A stretch of DNA of 64,000 nt. Source: an uncultured delta proteobacterium. Its GTDB lineage: Bacteria > Desulfobacterota > BSN033 > UBA1163. The notes below the pieces were generated by a model. That model had not been told where the DNA came from. It searched no databases and saw only the letters and a list, made by a program, of their open reading frames with translations. Position 1 is the stretch's first letter. Every line of letters starts with the position of its first letter. Of this stretch, positions 28,795 through 38,380 are shown piece after piece. Where the stretch lies: NCBI GenBank assembly GCA_963827685.1, contig CAWHBU010000003.1, positions 864,001 to 928,000 of the forward strand, given 5' to 3'. Both the position numbers and the translations under genes were made by a program.

Positions 28795-29562
28795 TCAGTT
28801 ATCTTTCCAGGTTGGTTTTCGTTTATCCAAGAAGGCTTTAAGTCCCTCGATCGCATCATGAGTCTTCATTAAACGATCCAAATAGATTTTCTCAATAGCT
28901 TTGAGCCCCTTATCCATATCATCATTGAGTCCAGCGAGCATCGCCTCCTTCGTCAATTTCAAAACGATTCCGCTCAGTTTCCTAAACTTCTCAATAAATC
29001 CCCTCGCTTCTTCAGTGAGGGAAGCTTCGGGAACTATCTTATTGACCAATCCCAATGATAATGCCTCTTGAGCGCTGATGACATCGCCGGAGAGAATTAG
29101 TTCCAGCGCCTTCTTTCGTCCGATCATTCTCGGAAAGGCCAGAGCGGCAATAGGGGGAAAGACCCCAACCTGGATCTCAGGTTGTCCAAACTTTGCCTTC
29201 TCTGTGGCAATGACCATATCGCAATAGAGGGCCAGTTCGCATCCACCTCCAAGGGCTGAACCATTCACCACCGCAATGGATGGAACCTTCAGGGCGTCCA
29301 TCAAGCGGAACATTTTATGAAAAACTTCAATCATCTTATAAACCAAATCGCCGAGATGTTCTCCGACATCCACACCAGCAGAAAATGCCTTTCCCGCTGC
29401 CTGAATGACCAGGAGCTTCAGAGCCTTCTCTTTCAAGAGCTCAGCAAAGCAGGTATTGATCTCCTCCATCATCTCGATATTGAGGACATTAAGGGGAGGC
29501 CGGTTCAGTGTAAGAGTTGCCACTCCATCTTTCAGCTCTGTCTGAATATGTTTGAATGCCAT
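28795..29562 (-). CDS. dch: Cyclohexa-1,5-diene-1-carbonyl-CoA hydratase (crotonase family)
   Basis: LNRPPLNVLN, FSAGVDV, LGGGCEL, GQPEIQVGVFPP; follows oah and had. Confidence 0.8.
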   Translation of the reverse strand: MAFKHIQTELKDGVATLTLNRPPLNVLNIEMMEEINTCFAELLKEKALKLLVIQAAGKAFSAGVDVGEHLGDLVYKMIEVFHKMFRLMDALKVPSIAVVNGSALGGGCELALYCDMVIATEKAKFGQPEIQVGVFPPIAALAFPRMIGRKKALELILSGDVISAQEALSLGLVNKIVPEASLTEEARGFIEKFRKLSGIVLKLTKEAMLAGLNDDMDKGLKAIEKIYLDRLMKTHDAIEGLKAFLDKRKPTWKDN

Positions 29563-29617
29563 TGGATTCACCTCCTATTACCATGACTCGTGATTCGTGA
29601 ATGGTGATTCGCAAATG

Positions 29618-29692
29618 GGAGATTTGCCTTTGGCAAATCTCCGAAAAAGATACCCTTTGGGCGAAAGATAATTTTTAGCCCAAAGGGTATCT
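29618..29692. other. Two tandem perfect hairpins between oah and dch
   Basis: GGAGATTTGCC-TTT-GGCAAATCTCC (11 bp) and AGATACCCTTTGGGC-N15-GCCCAAAGGGTATCT (15 bp). Confidence 0.7.
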
Positions 29693-29713
29693 GCGTCACC
29701 AACCATGCTTATC

Positions 29714-30859
29714 CTACTTCTGCGGTTTGCCTAACACTTCCTCAAAGAATTTTTCATCCAGGATCTTACCTTCTGCAATATTCTGACGGTACTTGATGAA
29801 GTCGATAACATCCTGGCCGGTAATCTTCTTGGTATTGAAGGCCCCGAAGCCAAGGAATGCCTCGCCCATCATGTTGGCTGCCAGCCAGTGCCTGTTGTAG
29901 TTCTTCGAATAATCCCAGAAAAATTTCTTTTTAGCCCTGATCGAGTCAATCGACTTAATCAGGCAACCGGGAAACAGGTTGGCGAAAGTCCAAACGATCT
30001 TATCCACCTCGCCGTCGAGCAAAGAGAAATCATAATCGTTGTTTTTCAGTTTGTTATTAACCCATTCCCTGGCCTTTTTGAATTCCTCACCTGTCTTAAA
30101 TTCCCCGTAGACGATCTCGCCATTCTCAACATACTTATCGGTGATGACCTGCGGGTTGCGAACCCAATTTCCTTTCTCGTCTTTGAGTACCGGCACGCAC
30201 TTGGAGATGAGGGTCTTCATCTTCATCTTGTAAGCACTCCACATCTCGCAGCTTACGCAGTTCCACATGGCGTCCTCCATTCCCAAGAACCACGGCAGAA
30301 AGTCGGAAGAGCCGCCATCTGGAGCAGAGCCATGCCGGGGACCCGCCTGTCCAAAGATGGCCAAGTCCGAGGCAATGGCAAGATCACAGGCCATTCCAAT
30401 TTCCTGTCCCCCCGCCACCCTCATGCCATTCACACGGCAAATGACAGGCTTCTTACACATCAGGATGGCGTCCACCATGTTGTTAAAAAGCTCCATATAA
30501 GCCCCGTACTCCTCTGGACGCCTGCTGTAATATTCGGAGTACTCTTTCGTGTTCCCACCCGTGCAGAACGCATTGGGACCGGCTCCGGTAAAAATGGTAC
30601 AAACAACGGAGCGGTCCGTTGAAGAATTCTCCATGCCGGCAATAACACCCTTTACCATTTCAGTGGTATAGGAATTATACTGAGCTGGATTATTCAGCGT
30701 AATCCATGCGACGTATATGCCGGGTACCACGTTCCCTTTCGGATCTTTTAAAGGTCTTTTTTCATAGATTGTGCAGGGAGCCTTTGTCCCCCAGTGTTCC
30801 GAACCATATCGATCATGATTCTTCTCTTCACTCTCTCTTGGAACCCAATCTATCGACAT
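29714..30859 (-). CDS. oah: 6-oxocyclohex-1-ene-1-carbonyl-CoA hydrolase (BamA/Oah)
   Basis: NNPAQYNSYTT, FCTGGNTKEY, GQAGPRHGSAP signatures. Confidence 0.95.
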   Translation of the reverse strand: MSIDWVPRESEEKNHDRYGSEHWGTKAPCTIYEKRPLKDPKGNVVPGIYVAWITLNNPAQYNSYTTEMVKGVIAGMENSSTDRSVVCTIFTGAGPNAFCTGGNTKEYSEYYSRRPEEYGAYMELFNNMVDAILMCKKPVICRVNGMRVAGGQEIGMACDLAIASDLAIFGQAGPRHGSAPDGGSSDFLPWFLGMEDAMWNCVSCEMWSAYKMKMKTLISKCVPVLKDEKGNWVRNPQVITDKYVENGEIVYGEFKTGEEFKKAREWVNNKLKNNDYDFSLLDGEVDKIVWTFANLFPGCLIKSIDSIRAKKKFFWDYSKNYNRHWLAANMMGEAFLGFGAFNTKKITGQDVIDFIKYRQNIAEGKILDEKFFEEVLGKPQK

Positions 30860-30923
30860 AAAAATTCCTCCTTTCTATTTTCGGATAAGACTTTCTCATT
30901 CATCTTTCTCTCAACCCTGACCG

Positions 30924-32036
30924 CTAAAAATCAGGTGTCAGAACCATCCTCTTCGCCGGAGAACCGGCCTTGTGAACCTCTTCAAAGACCGACTGGATCT
31001 GGCTCATCGGCCTGGTCTCCACAAACGGACCGATATCGATCTTCTTCGAAAGGACCATATCCAGCACGATGGGATAGTACTCGGGCAGACATCCCCATGT
31101 CCCGATCATTTCTGCATCAAAGGCCATGAGTCGAGAAATGCTATATTCACTCTTGGCCATCCCAAATCCAATCAAAACCAACTTTCCGGTGAAGGAGAGC
31201 ATCTCAAGAGCGATTTCTTGCCCTGCCTTGGTTCCGGTTACCTCAAAAATCTTCCAGCCAAAACTAGCCTCCAAACCATTCTTTTTGCAGATATCTCGAA
31301 ATTCATTTCGGAGATCCTTGATGGCCTTATCTTGAGAACTGATTACAAAATCGACCCCGTATTTTAAGGCCCTCTGCAATTTCTCTGGATTTCTTGCAAT
31401 CCCGATGACCGCTCTCGCACCCAGAGCCTTTGCCGTTTGAGCCATATAGACACCTACCCCTCCAGTCACCCCGATGATGATGACTTGATCTCCCGGCTGA
31501 AGCTCTGCTCTCTTGGCGGCCTGGTAGGGCGTGGTCACAGCATCCGCTACAACTGCTAATTGCTCCAAAGGAATATTCCCGCGGTTTCTTACTTCGCAGA
31601 GGTCAATGGAGGGTACAGGAATGTGACTCGAAAATCCACCGTAAAGGCCCAAGCTGTTTCCAGGCATCTTCTGAACTAAACAACGATTTCCTCTACCGGT
31701 TTTACAGAGGAGGCATTTTCGGCAAGGCATCACGGCTGGGATGATCACTTCCTTTCCCATCCATTTCTCATCTCCAGCCACGACTGTCCCACTGATCTCA
31801 TGTCCGAGAGTTAAAGGTGGTTTTTGTACGGTTGGCACGCCATCGTAAAAATAACCGAGATCGGTATGACAGACCCCGCATCCTGCCACCTTCACCAACA
31901 CTTCACCGGGAGCCAAAGATGGAACTGGAATGGAAGCCTTGGCTAACTTACCGGGCTTCACCTCTCCAGTCTCTTTATCCTTTGACGTCGGCTGAATCAT
32001 TTGCCAGGTCTCAATCTTATCAGGTATTGTTGCCAT
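30924..32036 (-). CDS. had: 6-hydroxycyclohex-1-ene-1-carbonyl-CoA dehydrogenase (BamQ/Had)
   Basis: CGVCHTDLGYFYDGV, LGHEISG, QKMPGN, ADAVTTP, LMAFDA...GTWGC. Confidence 0.92.
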   Translation of the reverse strand: MATIPDKIETWQMIQPTSKDKETGEVKPGKLAKASIPVPSLAPGEVLVKVAGCGVCHTDLGYFYDGVPTVQKPPLTLGHEISGTVVAGDEKWMGKEVIIPAVMPCRKCLLCKTGRGNRCLVQKMPGNSLGLYGGFSSHIPVPSIDLCEVRNRGNIPLEQLAVVADAVTTPYQAAKRAELQPGDQVIIIGVTGGVGVYMAQTAKALGARAVIGIARNPEKLQRALKYGVDFVISSQDKAIKDLRNEFRDICKKNGLEASFGWKIFEVTGTKAGQEIALEMLSFTGKLVLIGFGMAKSEYSISRLMAFDAEMIGTWGCLPEYYPIVLDMVLSKKIDIGPFVETRPMSQIQSVFEEVHKAGSPAKRMVLTPDF

Positions 32037-32145
32037 TTATTTCACCCCTTTCTTGTTTTGAAATATTAATTTCCTGCCTACCGCAATCAGGCATTTCGTG
32101 TTTTATTCGCATTCCTCCTTTCTGATCAAATTTTCGCAATTGCGT

Positions 32146-32901
32146 TTAGGTCATTCCGAGTCCGCCATCTACACAGAAGAGCTGGCCGGTGATATAGTTC
32201 GACTCGTCCGATGCCAAGAAGACGAAGGTGAAAGCTACCTCTTCTGGTTCCGCAAATCGGCCCAGCAAGATCCTGCCCGTATAAATCCCCATCAGCTTTG
32301 GGTCTGCTTTAACCTTCTCAAACATCTCGGTACTGACATATCCCGGCTGGACCACATTCACCGTAATCCCATAACCCGCCAATTCTCGTGCAGCCGACTT
32401 GGTTAGAGCGACGATCCCTCCTTTTGCTGAACTATAGTTGATCTGTCCTTTTGTGCCCCACAACCCAGCTGAGGAAGTCATATTGATGATCTTACCACTT
32501 TTTTGTTCCATCATGTACTTAGAAGCTGCCTGGATGCACAGGAAGGGTCCTTTGAGGTGGATGTCGATCACTTCGTTCCACTGTTCCTCTGTCATTTTGT
32601 AGAGCATATTGGGTTTCGATACTCCTGCATTGTTCACCAGAATGTCAATCTTTCCGAAGTGGTCAATGGCTGTTTGGATAATTCTTTCTACGTCGGCCTT
32701 CACTGCCACATTCCCCTTCACAGCTACTGCTCTTCTTCCCATCTTTTTAATCATTTCAACAACTTCTTGTGCTGGTTGATCTTTACTCGCATAATTGACG
32801 ACAACGTCGGCTCCTTCCTTTGCATAGGCAAGGCAAACCGCCCTGCCGATACCTCTTCCTCCACCCGTAACGACTGCAACCTTACCTTCGAGTCTACCCA
32901 T
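32146..32901 (-). CDS. SDR-family oxidoreductase (FabG-like)
   Basis: TGGGRGIG, NNAG, NYSSAK. Confidence 0.9.
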   Translation of the reverse strand: MGRLEGKVAVVTGGGRGIGRAVCLAYAKEGADVVVNYASKDQPAQEVVEMIKKMGRRAVAVKGNVAVKADVERIIQTAIDHFGKIDILVNNAGVSKPNMLYKMTEEQWNEVIDIHLKGPFLCIQAASKYMMEQKSGKIINMTSSAGLWGTKGQINYSSAKGGIVALTKSAARELAGYGITVNVVQPGYVSTEMFEKVKADPKLMGIYTGRILLGRFAEPEEVAFTFVFLASDESNYITGQLFCVDGGLGMT

Positions 32902-33034
32902 CAGATCCTCCTTCTTTCACTTTTTTCTAAAAACCTCCGTGATATTTAACTCTTCCTGTCAAGGCCTGCTTCTCGTTTGATCAAACATCCTTCACCTTCA
33001 TTCATTGTCAACACTTCTCTTTCATAAACAGCCA

Positions 33035-33673
33035 TCACGGATTCTTCCCTTTCACGTTCGTTTTCCCCTTTACCTTATACCCTATCAATCCCCTGCATAA
33101 AATGTCAATGATAATCCCCGAAAGCTCTCTGGGAGTCATGGATCCTTTCGGATCGTACCAAAAATAGATTCCATTGCATGTCCCGAACAGAATGAAGGTG
33201 AGCACTTTCAATCGATCTTCCGAAACCTGGCCACCCAAAAAGTTTGAAAGAACGCTGCTGACAATTCGGTGATATTGCCTCTCTTGTTCACCAATGATTT
33301 TGAAATACTCTGAAGGGAGCAGGTGCCCTTCGTGGATCGTTGTTTTGGCTTCAGCAATATATTTCGTGTAAAATCCTATATGACGGGAGATGATAAATTG
33401 AATTTTCTCAAAATGATCCTCGATCTTCGTCAATTCCTGCTCCAAATCTTTCAAAAGGAGACCCATGAAATTGGTCGAAATAAAATAGAGGATTTCATTC
33501 TTGCTTGAAAAATAATGGTAAATGCCCCCTTTGCTCAATTTGGCTGCCGTCGAAATATCGTCCATACTCGTTTCCAAAAAGCCTCTCTCGTTGAATAGCT
33601 TGGCAGCTACTTTGGCGATGCCCGTCATTTTACCCAATTCCTTTTGGGTTAGCTGTTTCAGGTATTTTTCCAT
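33035..33673 (-). CDS. TetR/AcrR-family regulator (KstR2-like C-terminus)
   Basis: LFNERGFLETSMDDI...SKGGIYHYFSSKNEIL; WYDPKG. Confidence 0.9.
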   Translation of the reverse strand: MEKYLKQLTQKELGKMTGIAKVAAKLFNERGFLETSMDDISTAAKLSKGGIYHYFSSKNEILYFISTNFMGLLLKDLEQELTKIEDHFEKIQFIISRHIGFYTKYIAEAKTTIHEGHLLPSEYFKIIGEQERQYHRIVSSVLSNFLGGQVSEDRLKVLTFILFGTCNGIYFWYDPKGSMTPRELSGIIIDILCRGLIGYKVKGKTNVKGKNP

Positions 33674-33721
33674 AGAGACGTGTCAAAAAGCGTTCTAGAA
33701 AAAACGACTATTTGGTTTAAT

Positions 33722-33733
33722 CCGACTGGTCGG
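33722..33733. promoter_or_regulatory. Probable TetR autoregulatory operator
   Basis: CCGAC-TG-GTCGG between a minus-strand TTGACA (33766-33761) and the tetR start. Confidence 0.55.
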
Positions 33734-33936
33734 TCGAAAAATAGCACAGGCGTTTTTCTTTGTCAAGAAAAAATTCCCGCACAGAAAGATTAATATTCCC
33801 GGGATGTCAATCTGGATGGAGGGGGCTTAAGAAAGGACGAGGGGGACAAGGTTGAATTTGAAACAGGATGGGTTACGGGAAGACTTAAATGGACACCTCT
33901 ATGCACAGAGTGGAGGAATGCCTGTCGATGGCTGAA

Positions 33937-34395
33937 TTATTCAAGTTTCAGTTGTAAGTTAATCAAATCACTTCCTCTTGTAAATCCCATCGCATGGTAG
34001 AATTTGAGGAGATCCCAATCGTTCCAATTTACTAAGGTGTAAACGACATTCGCGCCAATCGCTTTGAGATTTTTGATAAATTCTTGACTCAATTTTCTGG
34101 CAACACCTTTATGTTGGTAATCCGGGTCGACACCAATCGTGCTGATCCATCCCACTATTTCCGGAATGCCAAACTCCCAACCACTCACCTCACCCACGAT
34201 AAACCCTATCACTTTCCCTTCGAGTTCAGCGGCTAGACCCGATAGGGGGTATCGGGAGCTAGGAACCTCGATCTTCTCTCCCCAAAAATCTCGCCTGGCT
34301 TCACCCGAGACCTTCAGATCAATTTCAACAATCGCGTCCAGATCCCCAATGGTCAGAGGTCGTATATTCAATTTTGCCAAAAATTCCTCTTCCAT
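33937..34395 (-). CDS. GNAT-family acetyltransferase
   Basis: IGVDPDYQHKGVA, KFYHAMGF; SD before ATG 34395. Confidence 0.85.
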   Translation of the reverse strand: MEEEFLAKLNIRPLTIGDLDAIVEIDLKVSGEARRDFWGEKIEVPSSRYPLSGLAAELEGKVIGFIVGEVSGWEFGIPEIVGWISTIGVDPDYQHKGVARKLSQEFIKNLKAIGANVVYTLVNWNDWDLLKFYHAMGFTRGSDLINLQLKLE

Positions 34396-34423
34396 CGGCT
34401 GCCCCTCCCCTTTTACTTTGTGA

Positions 34424-34639
34424 CTATTCAATCACAGCGATCACTGCCTCTGCCTCGACCTCCTGACCTGCGGCCACATGAATCTCCTTCACCGTTCCGG
34501 TGACCGGAGCCACAATAGGCATCTCCATTTTCATCGCCTCTAATACAGCGACCTGATCATCCTCCTTGATCTTATCTCCCACCTTTACTGAAACTGAGAC
34601 AATCTTGCCTACCATCGGTACAGTCACTGGTGTCCCCAT
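34424..34639 (-). CDS. Stand-alone biotin carboxyl carrier protein, copy 2
   Basis: EAMKM motif; paralog of 573-788. Confidence 0.9.
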   Translation of the reverse strand: MGTPVTVPMVGKIVSVSVKVGDKIKEDDQVAVLEAMKMEMPIVAPVTGTVKEIHVAAGQEVEAEAVIAVIE

Positions 34640-35140
34640 GATATTCTCCTCCCAAGAAACAAATTTTTATTTAAAACCTCCCATTTCTTGCAATGGCGAT
34701 TTCTCGTTTTGTTTCCTGTCCTTTTGCAAACTTAGAATCCATGGAATCGCATTTTTGCGATTAGATTGTGCAATGAATAACAAACTCTTCCTTTTTTGTC
34801 AAGATAATTGAAATGGCGTCTCCGAGTTTTTGGCAGCCATACGGAGGTTCCCCAAGATTTTGAGGAAAGAAAGTTTAGTTAGCATTTTAGTTATGTTAGT
34901 TTTTCTGAACGATTGAAGGGAGATTTGATATCCTTCTTCCTTCAACATATCGATATTTGTGCATAATAACATTTCTTAAAACCTAAGGAAACTCCAGAAA
35001 AAGTTTGAAAAAGAATTCATCTATTGAATTTATCCCAAAAAAGATGCATAATTCCCCCACTCATTTAAGCACTAATCGAATGAAGGTCACTTCATTCGGT
35101 CATATTTTTCACATAGATATAATCGAAAGGCAGGACGGAG

Positions 35141-36322
35141 ATGGACTTTGATCTAACCCCGGAACAGGCAGCTTTGGAGCAGGCAGTCATTGATTTTGCC
35201 AAGAAAGAGATTGTCCCGAATTTGGAAAATGAAGAATTTAACCGAGAACTTGTAAGGAAAATGGGAGCCTTAGGCTTTTTTGGCTGTGCATTTCCTTTGG
35301 GTATGGGAGGAACAGATTTTGGTTCCCTTACCCATTCCATTGTCTGTGAAATCGTCTCCACATACGATTCTGGGTTACGCAGCCTTTTCAACCTTCAGGC
35401 CATGACCGTGCCTTATACCATGATGGAATGGGGGAACGAAGTTGTCCGAAAGAAATACGTTAAACCCTTGGTCTTGGCCGAGAAACTGGGTTGCACATGT
35501 TTCTCCGAACCCAATGCGGGATCAGACATTGCCGCGATTGAAACCCAAGTGGTGGACAAGGGAGATCATTACGTTTTCAATGGGACGAAGACCTGGATCT
35601 CTAACGGAACATTAGCCGATTATGCCTTGGTCTATTGTACCCATGATCGATCCCTCAAACGTAATGGCCTCTGTGCCATCGTCGTGGAGACAAATCAGCC
35701 TGGCTGGCAGGCCAGTGAAATTAAGAAGTTGGGTGACAAATCCTCACCCATCGCCGAGATCTTTCTTGACGATGTCATCGCACCAAAAGAGAACCTCTTG
35801 GGTGAATGGGGAGGTGGTTTCAAAATCGCCATGGCTGCCCTGGACAGAGGTCGGATCAGTGTAGCCAGTGGTGCTTTGGGAATTTGTCAGGCCTGCCTCA
35901 ATGACTCTGTGAAGTACGCTAACGAGCGTAAACAATTTGGCAGGCACATCCGTGACTATCAGATGGTAAAGCAAATCATTGCCGATATGTCCACGTATAT
36001 GGAGGCTGCCCGTTTACTGGTTCGGTGGGCTGCCTGGCGGAATGATCAGGGAAAGCCATTTACCCGGGAGATCGCCATTGCCAAGTACTTTGCAGGTGAA
36101 GCGGCTGTGCGCGCCGCAGGATGGGCTATGGAGATTTACGGTGGGATGGGCTATTCTTTAGATCTTCCTGCAGAAAAATATTACCGCGACTGCAAAGCCT
36201 ACCAGATCGCTGAAGGAACGGCCAACATCATGCGCTTAATCATCGCTGACGACGCACTGGGAGTGAAGAAGGCCAATCGCCCCCGGTTGAAGATTCCCAG
36301 CGACTTTAAAGATCTGGAATGA
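35141..36322 (+). CDS. Acyl-CoA dehydrogenase, probably glutaryl-CoA dehydrogenase (non-decarboxylating type)
   Basis: SEPNAGSD, RKQFG, SGLR Arg, xEG without Tyr, C-terminal LGVKKANR; context next to biotin carrier and had/oah/dch. Confidence 0.7.
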   Translation: MDFDLTPEQAALEQAVIDFAKKEIVPNLENEEFNRELVRKMGALGFFGCAFPLGMGGTDFGSLTHSIVCEIVSTYDSGLRSLFNLQAMTVPYTMMEWGNEVVRKKYVKPLVLAEKLGCTCFSEPNAGSDIAAIETQVVDKGDHYVFNGTKTWISNGTLADYALVYCTHDRSLKRNGLCAIVVETNQPGWQASEIKKLGDKSSPIAEIFLDDVIAPKENLLGEWGGGFKIAMAALDRGRISVASGALGICQACLNDSVKYANERKQFGRHIRDYQMVKQIIADMSTYMEAARLLVRWAAWRNDQGKPFTREIAIAKYFAGEAAVRAAGWAMEIYGGMGYSLDLPAEKYYRDCKAYQIAEGTANIMRLIIADDALGVKKANRPRLKIPSDFKDLE

Positions 36323-36664
36323 TAGTTAAACCAGAAATGGCTTAGAAAACCAAACCTCTATCGCTTTGATTACTCTCAGAACCTTCCGGAGTTGTGTTTC
36401 TTTCCACAGCCGTCTATCCCTTGCTGATGGAACGGTGGAAGATGGGTTAGAGGTCAATCTTCGTTTCATTTGGATGAAAAGATCCAAGGCCGCGTACTTG
36501 CCTCATCTCCATGGATAGCGAAGGATAGTGAAGGTGTCCCACGACATTTCATCATCACCGCGATGTGGGTGCTTTCGGAACCGATCTGTCTATTTCGATG
36601 CCACGTTATCAGAGACCTCGGCAATAGCCTTGACAAAGGCAGATGAATGGGCAATAAGTAAAAA

Positions 36665-37099
36665 ATGAGAACAATGGGTTTAGACGTTGGTTCACATACC
36701 ATCGGGATTGCGATCAGCGATGAGTTGGGGATAACAGCCCAAGGTCTCAAAACCCTCAAGAGGAAATCGACGGAAGACGATTTAAAAGAAATCGCCACGA
36801 TCATTGGTCAATTCGAAATTGAAAAAATTGTGGTCGGACTTCCTAAAAACATGGACGGAACTTTTGGGAAACAGGTAGAATTCGTCCTCAAGTGGATTAA
36901 CGTCTTAATGGATACGATTCAAGTTCCGGTGGTCACTTGGGATGAACGGCTCTCAACCGTTGGTGCCTCCAAGGTTTTATTGGAAGCAGATCTCTCGAGA
37001 AGAAAAAGGAAGAAGGTCATCGACAAACTGGCCGCCGTCCTCATCCTTCAAGGATACTTAGACCAAAGCAGGAGAACAAACCATGGCGCGCTCTCTTAG
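36665..37099 (+). CDS. ruvX: YqgF/RuvX nuclease
   Basis: GLDVG..IGIAISD, VVGLPKNMDG, WDERLST, IDKLAAVLILQ. Confidence 0.95.
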   Translation: MRTMGLDVGSHTIGIAISDELGITAQGLKTLKRKSTEDDLKEIATIIGQFEIEKIVVGLPKNMDGTFGKQVEFVLKWINVLMDTIQVPVVTWDERLSTVGASKVLLEADLSRRKRKKVIDKLAAVLILQGYLDQSRRTNHGALS

Positions 37100-38114
37100 G
37101 AGCAAATTCCTGCTCCTCACGTCGGGTCTTCTCCTTTTCTTTTTTATTTTCGTTCTCTGTTGGTTCCTCTTTGTCCCCCCTTCGAAAACGGCGTCCACCA
37201 AGATCATCTTCATCAAAAAAGGAACTCCTCTCAAAAAGATTTCAGAAATACTCGAACAAGAAGGGATCATCAAAAATAGACGTTTTTTCGTTTTTCTCAC
37301 CACGATTCTCGGGAAAAAAACCAAGGTCAAAGCAGGGGAATATGAATTCCATACTCAAATGCTTCCCCTCGAAGTATTTGATGCTCTGGTCAAGGGGCAG
37401 GTGAAGCGTCATCTGGTGACCATCCCTGAAGGGTATACCCTTTCTCAAATTGCTCAGTTGCTGGAGGATTTAAATCTTGTGAAAAAAGAAGAGTTCCTCC
37501 AAAAGGCCTCTTCTCCTGCTTTCATCAACGTGCTCGGCCTCTCTCAATTAGCAGGACCGACCTTGGAAGGCTACCTCTTCCCTGACAGCTATCACCTGGT
37601 CAGGGAGATGGACCCGGAGGAAGCGATCCAGATGATGGTCCATCAGTTTAAAAAAGTCTTCGGACCAAACCTTTCGCATCGGGCATCTGAATTGGGAATT
37701 TCTGAAAGGGAAACAGTCATTCTGGCCTCCATCATCGAAAAAGAAACTTCCCTGCCCGAGGAGAAACCTTTGATCTCTGCTGTCTTCCACAATCGTTTAA
37801 AAAAGAAAATCCCTCTCCAAAGCGATCCCACCGTCATCTATGGCATTAAGAACTTTAGCCGGAATTTAACCAAAGAACATCTGTTGAGACCCACTCCTTA
37901 TAACACCTATCGCATCGCAGGACTTCCTCCCACCCCCATCTGTAACCCTGGGAAAGACTCCCTGCTGGCTGCCGTCCACCCTGCTTCTGTTCCTTATCTT
38001 TATTTCGTCTCCAAAAACGACGGGTCCCACTATTTTTCCTGCGATATCGAAGAACATAATCGAGCCGTTTGGAAATATCAAAAAAAGAGGTCTCCAAGAG
38101 AGGCGTTGAAATGA
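37083..38114 (+). CDS. mltG: Endolytic transglycosylase MltG (YceG)
   Basis: TIPEG, LEGYLFPDSY, ASIIEKE, LQSDPT, PYNTY...GLPPTPICNPG. Confidence 0.95.
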   Translation: MARSLRSKFLLLTSGLLLFFFIFVLCWFLFVPPSKTASTKIIFIKKGTPLKKISEILEQEGIIKNRRFFVFLTTILGKKTKVKAGEYEFHTQMLPLEVFDALVKGQVKRHLVTIPEGYTLSQIAQLLEDLNLVKKEEFLQKASSPAFINVLGLSQLAGPTLEGYLFPDSYHLVREMDPEEAIQMMVHQFKKVFGPNLSHRASELGISERETVILASIIEKETSLPEEKPLISAVFHNRLKKKIPLQSDPTVIYGIKNFSRNLTKEHLLRPTPYNTYRIAGLPPTPICNPGKDSLLAAVHPASVPYLYFVSKNDGSHYFSCDIEEHNRAVWKYQKKRSPREALK

Positions 38115-38129
38115 TATCGAAGACCTCTG

Positions 38130-38221
38130 ATAACACGGATTTCAAAAAATGATTAAACAGATTTTCTCCGTTTTCAATGTGTTTTTTTATCTGTGTAATC
38201 GTTTCATAATTTATGTAATCA
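38130..38221. repeat. Inverted ACAGAT / ATCTGT-type repeat array
   Basis: AACACGGATTT...AAACAGATTTT faces ATCTGTGTAATC...ATGTAATCAG. Confidence 0.5.
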
Positions 38222-38289
38222 GAGATTTCCGGATTTTTCCGGGAATCTCCAAAAAATGACTTGAAAAAAAATGAATTCTCATTTATCTT
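38222..38289 (+). promoter_or_regulatory. 28-bp palindromic operator candidate, site C, plus thiolase promoter
   Basis: GAGATTTCCGGA-TTTT-TCCGGGAATCTC (38222-38249), 11 bp before TTGAAA-17-TATCTT. Confidence 0.6.
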
Positions 38290-38380
38290 TAATCCTCGTT
38301 AATCAATAAAAACATTTTCTCACCCCTCCCCTCTCCCCTCGGTGGAAAGGGTGGTGGGGAGAGTAAAAGGGAGGTTTATA

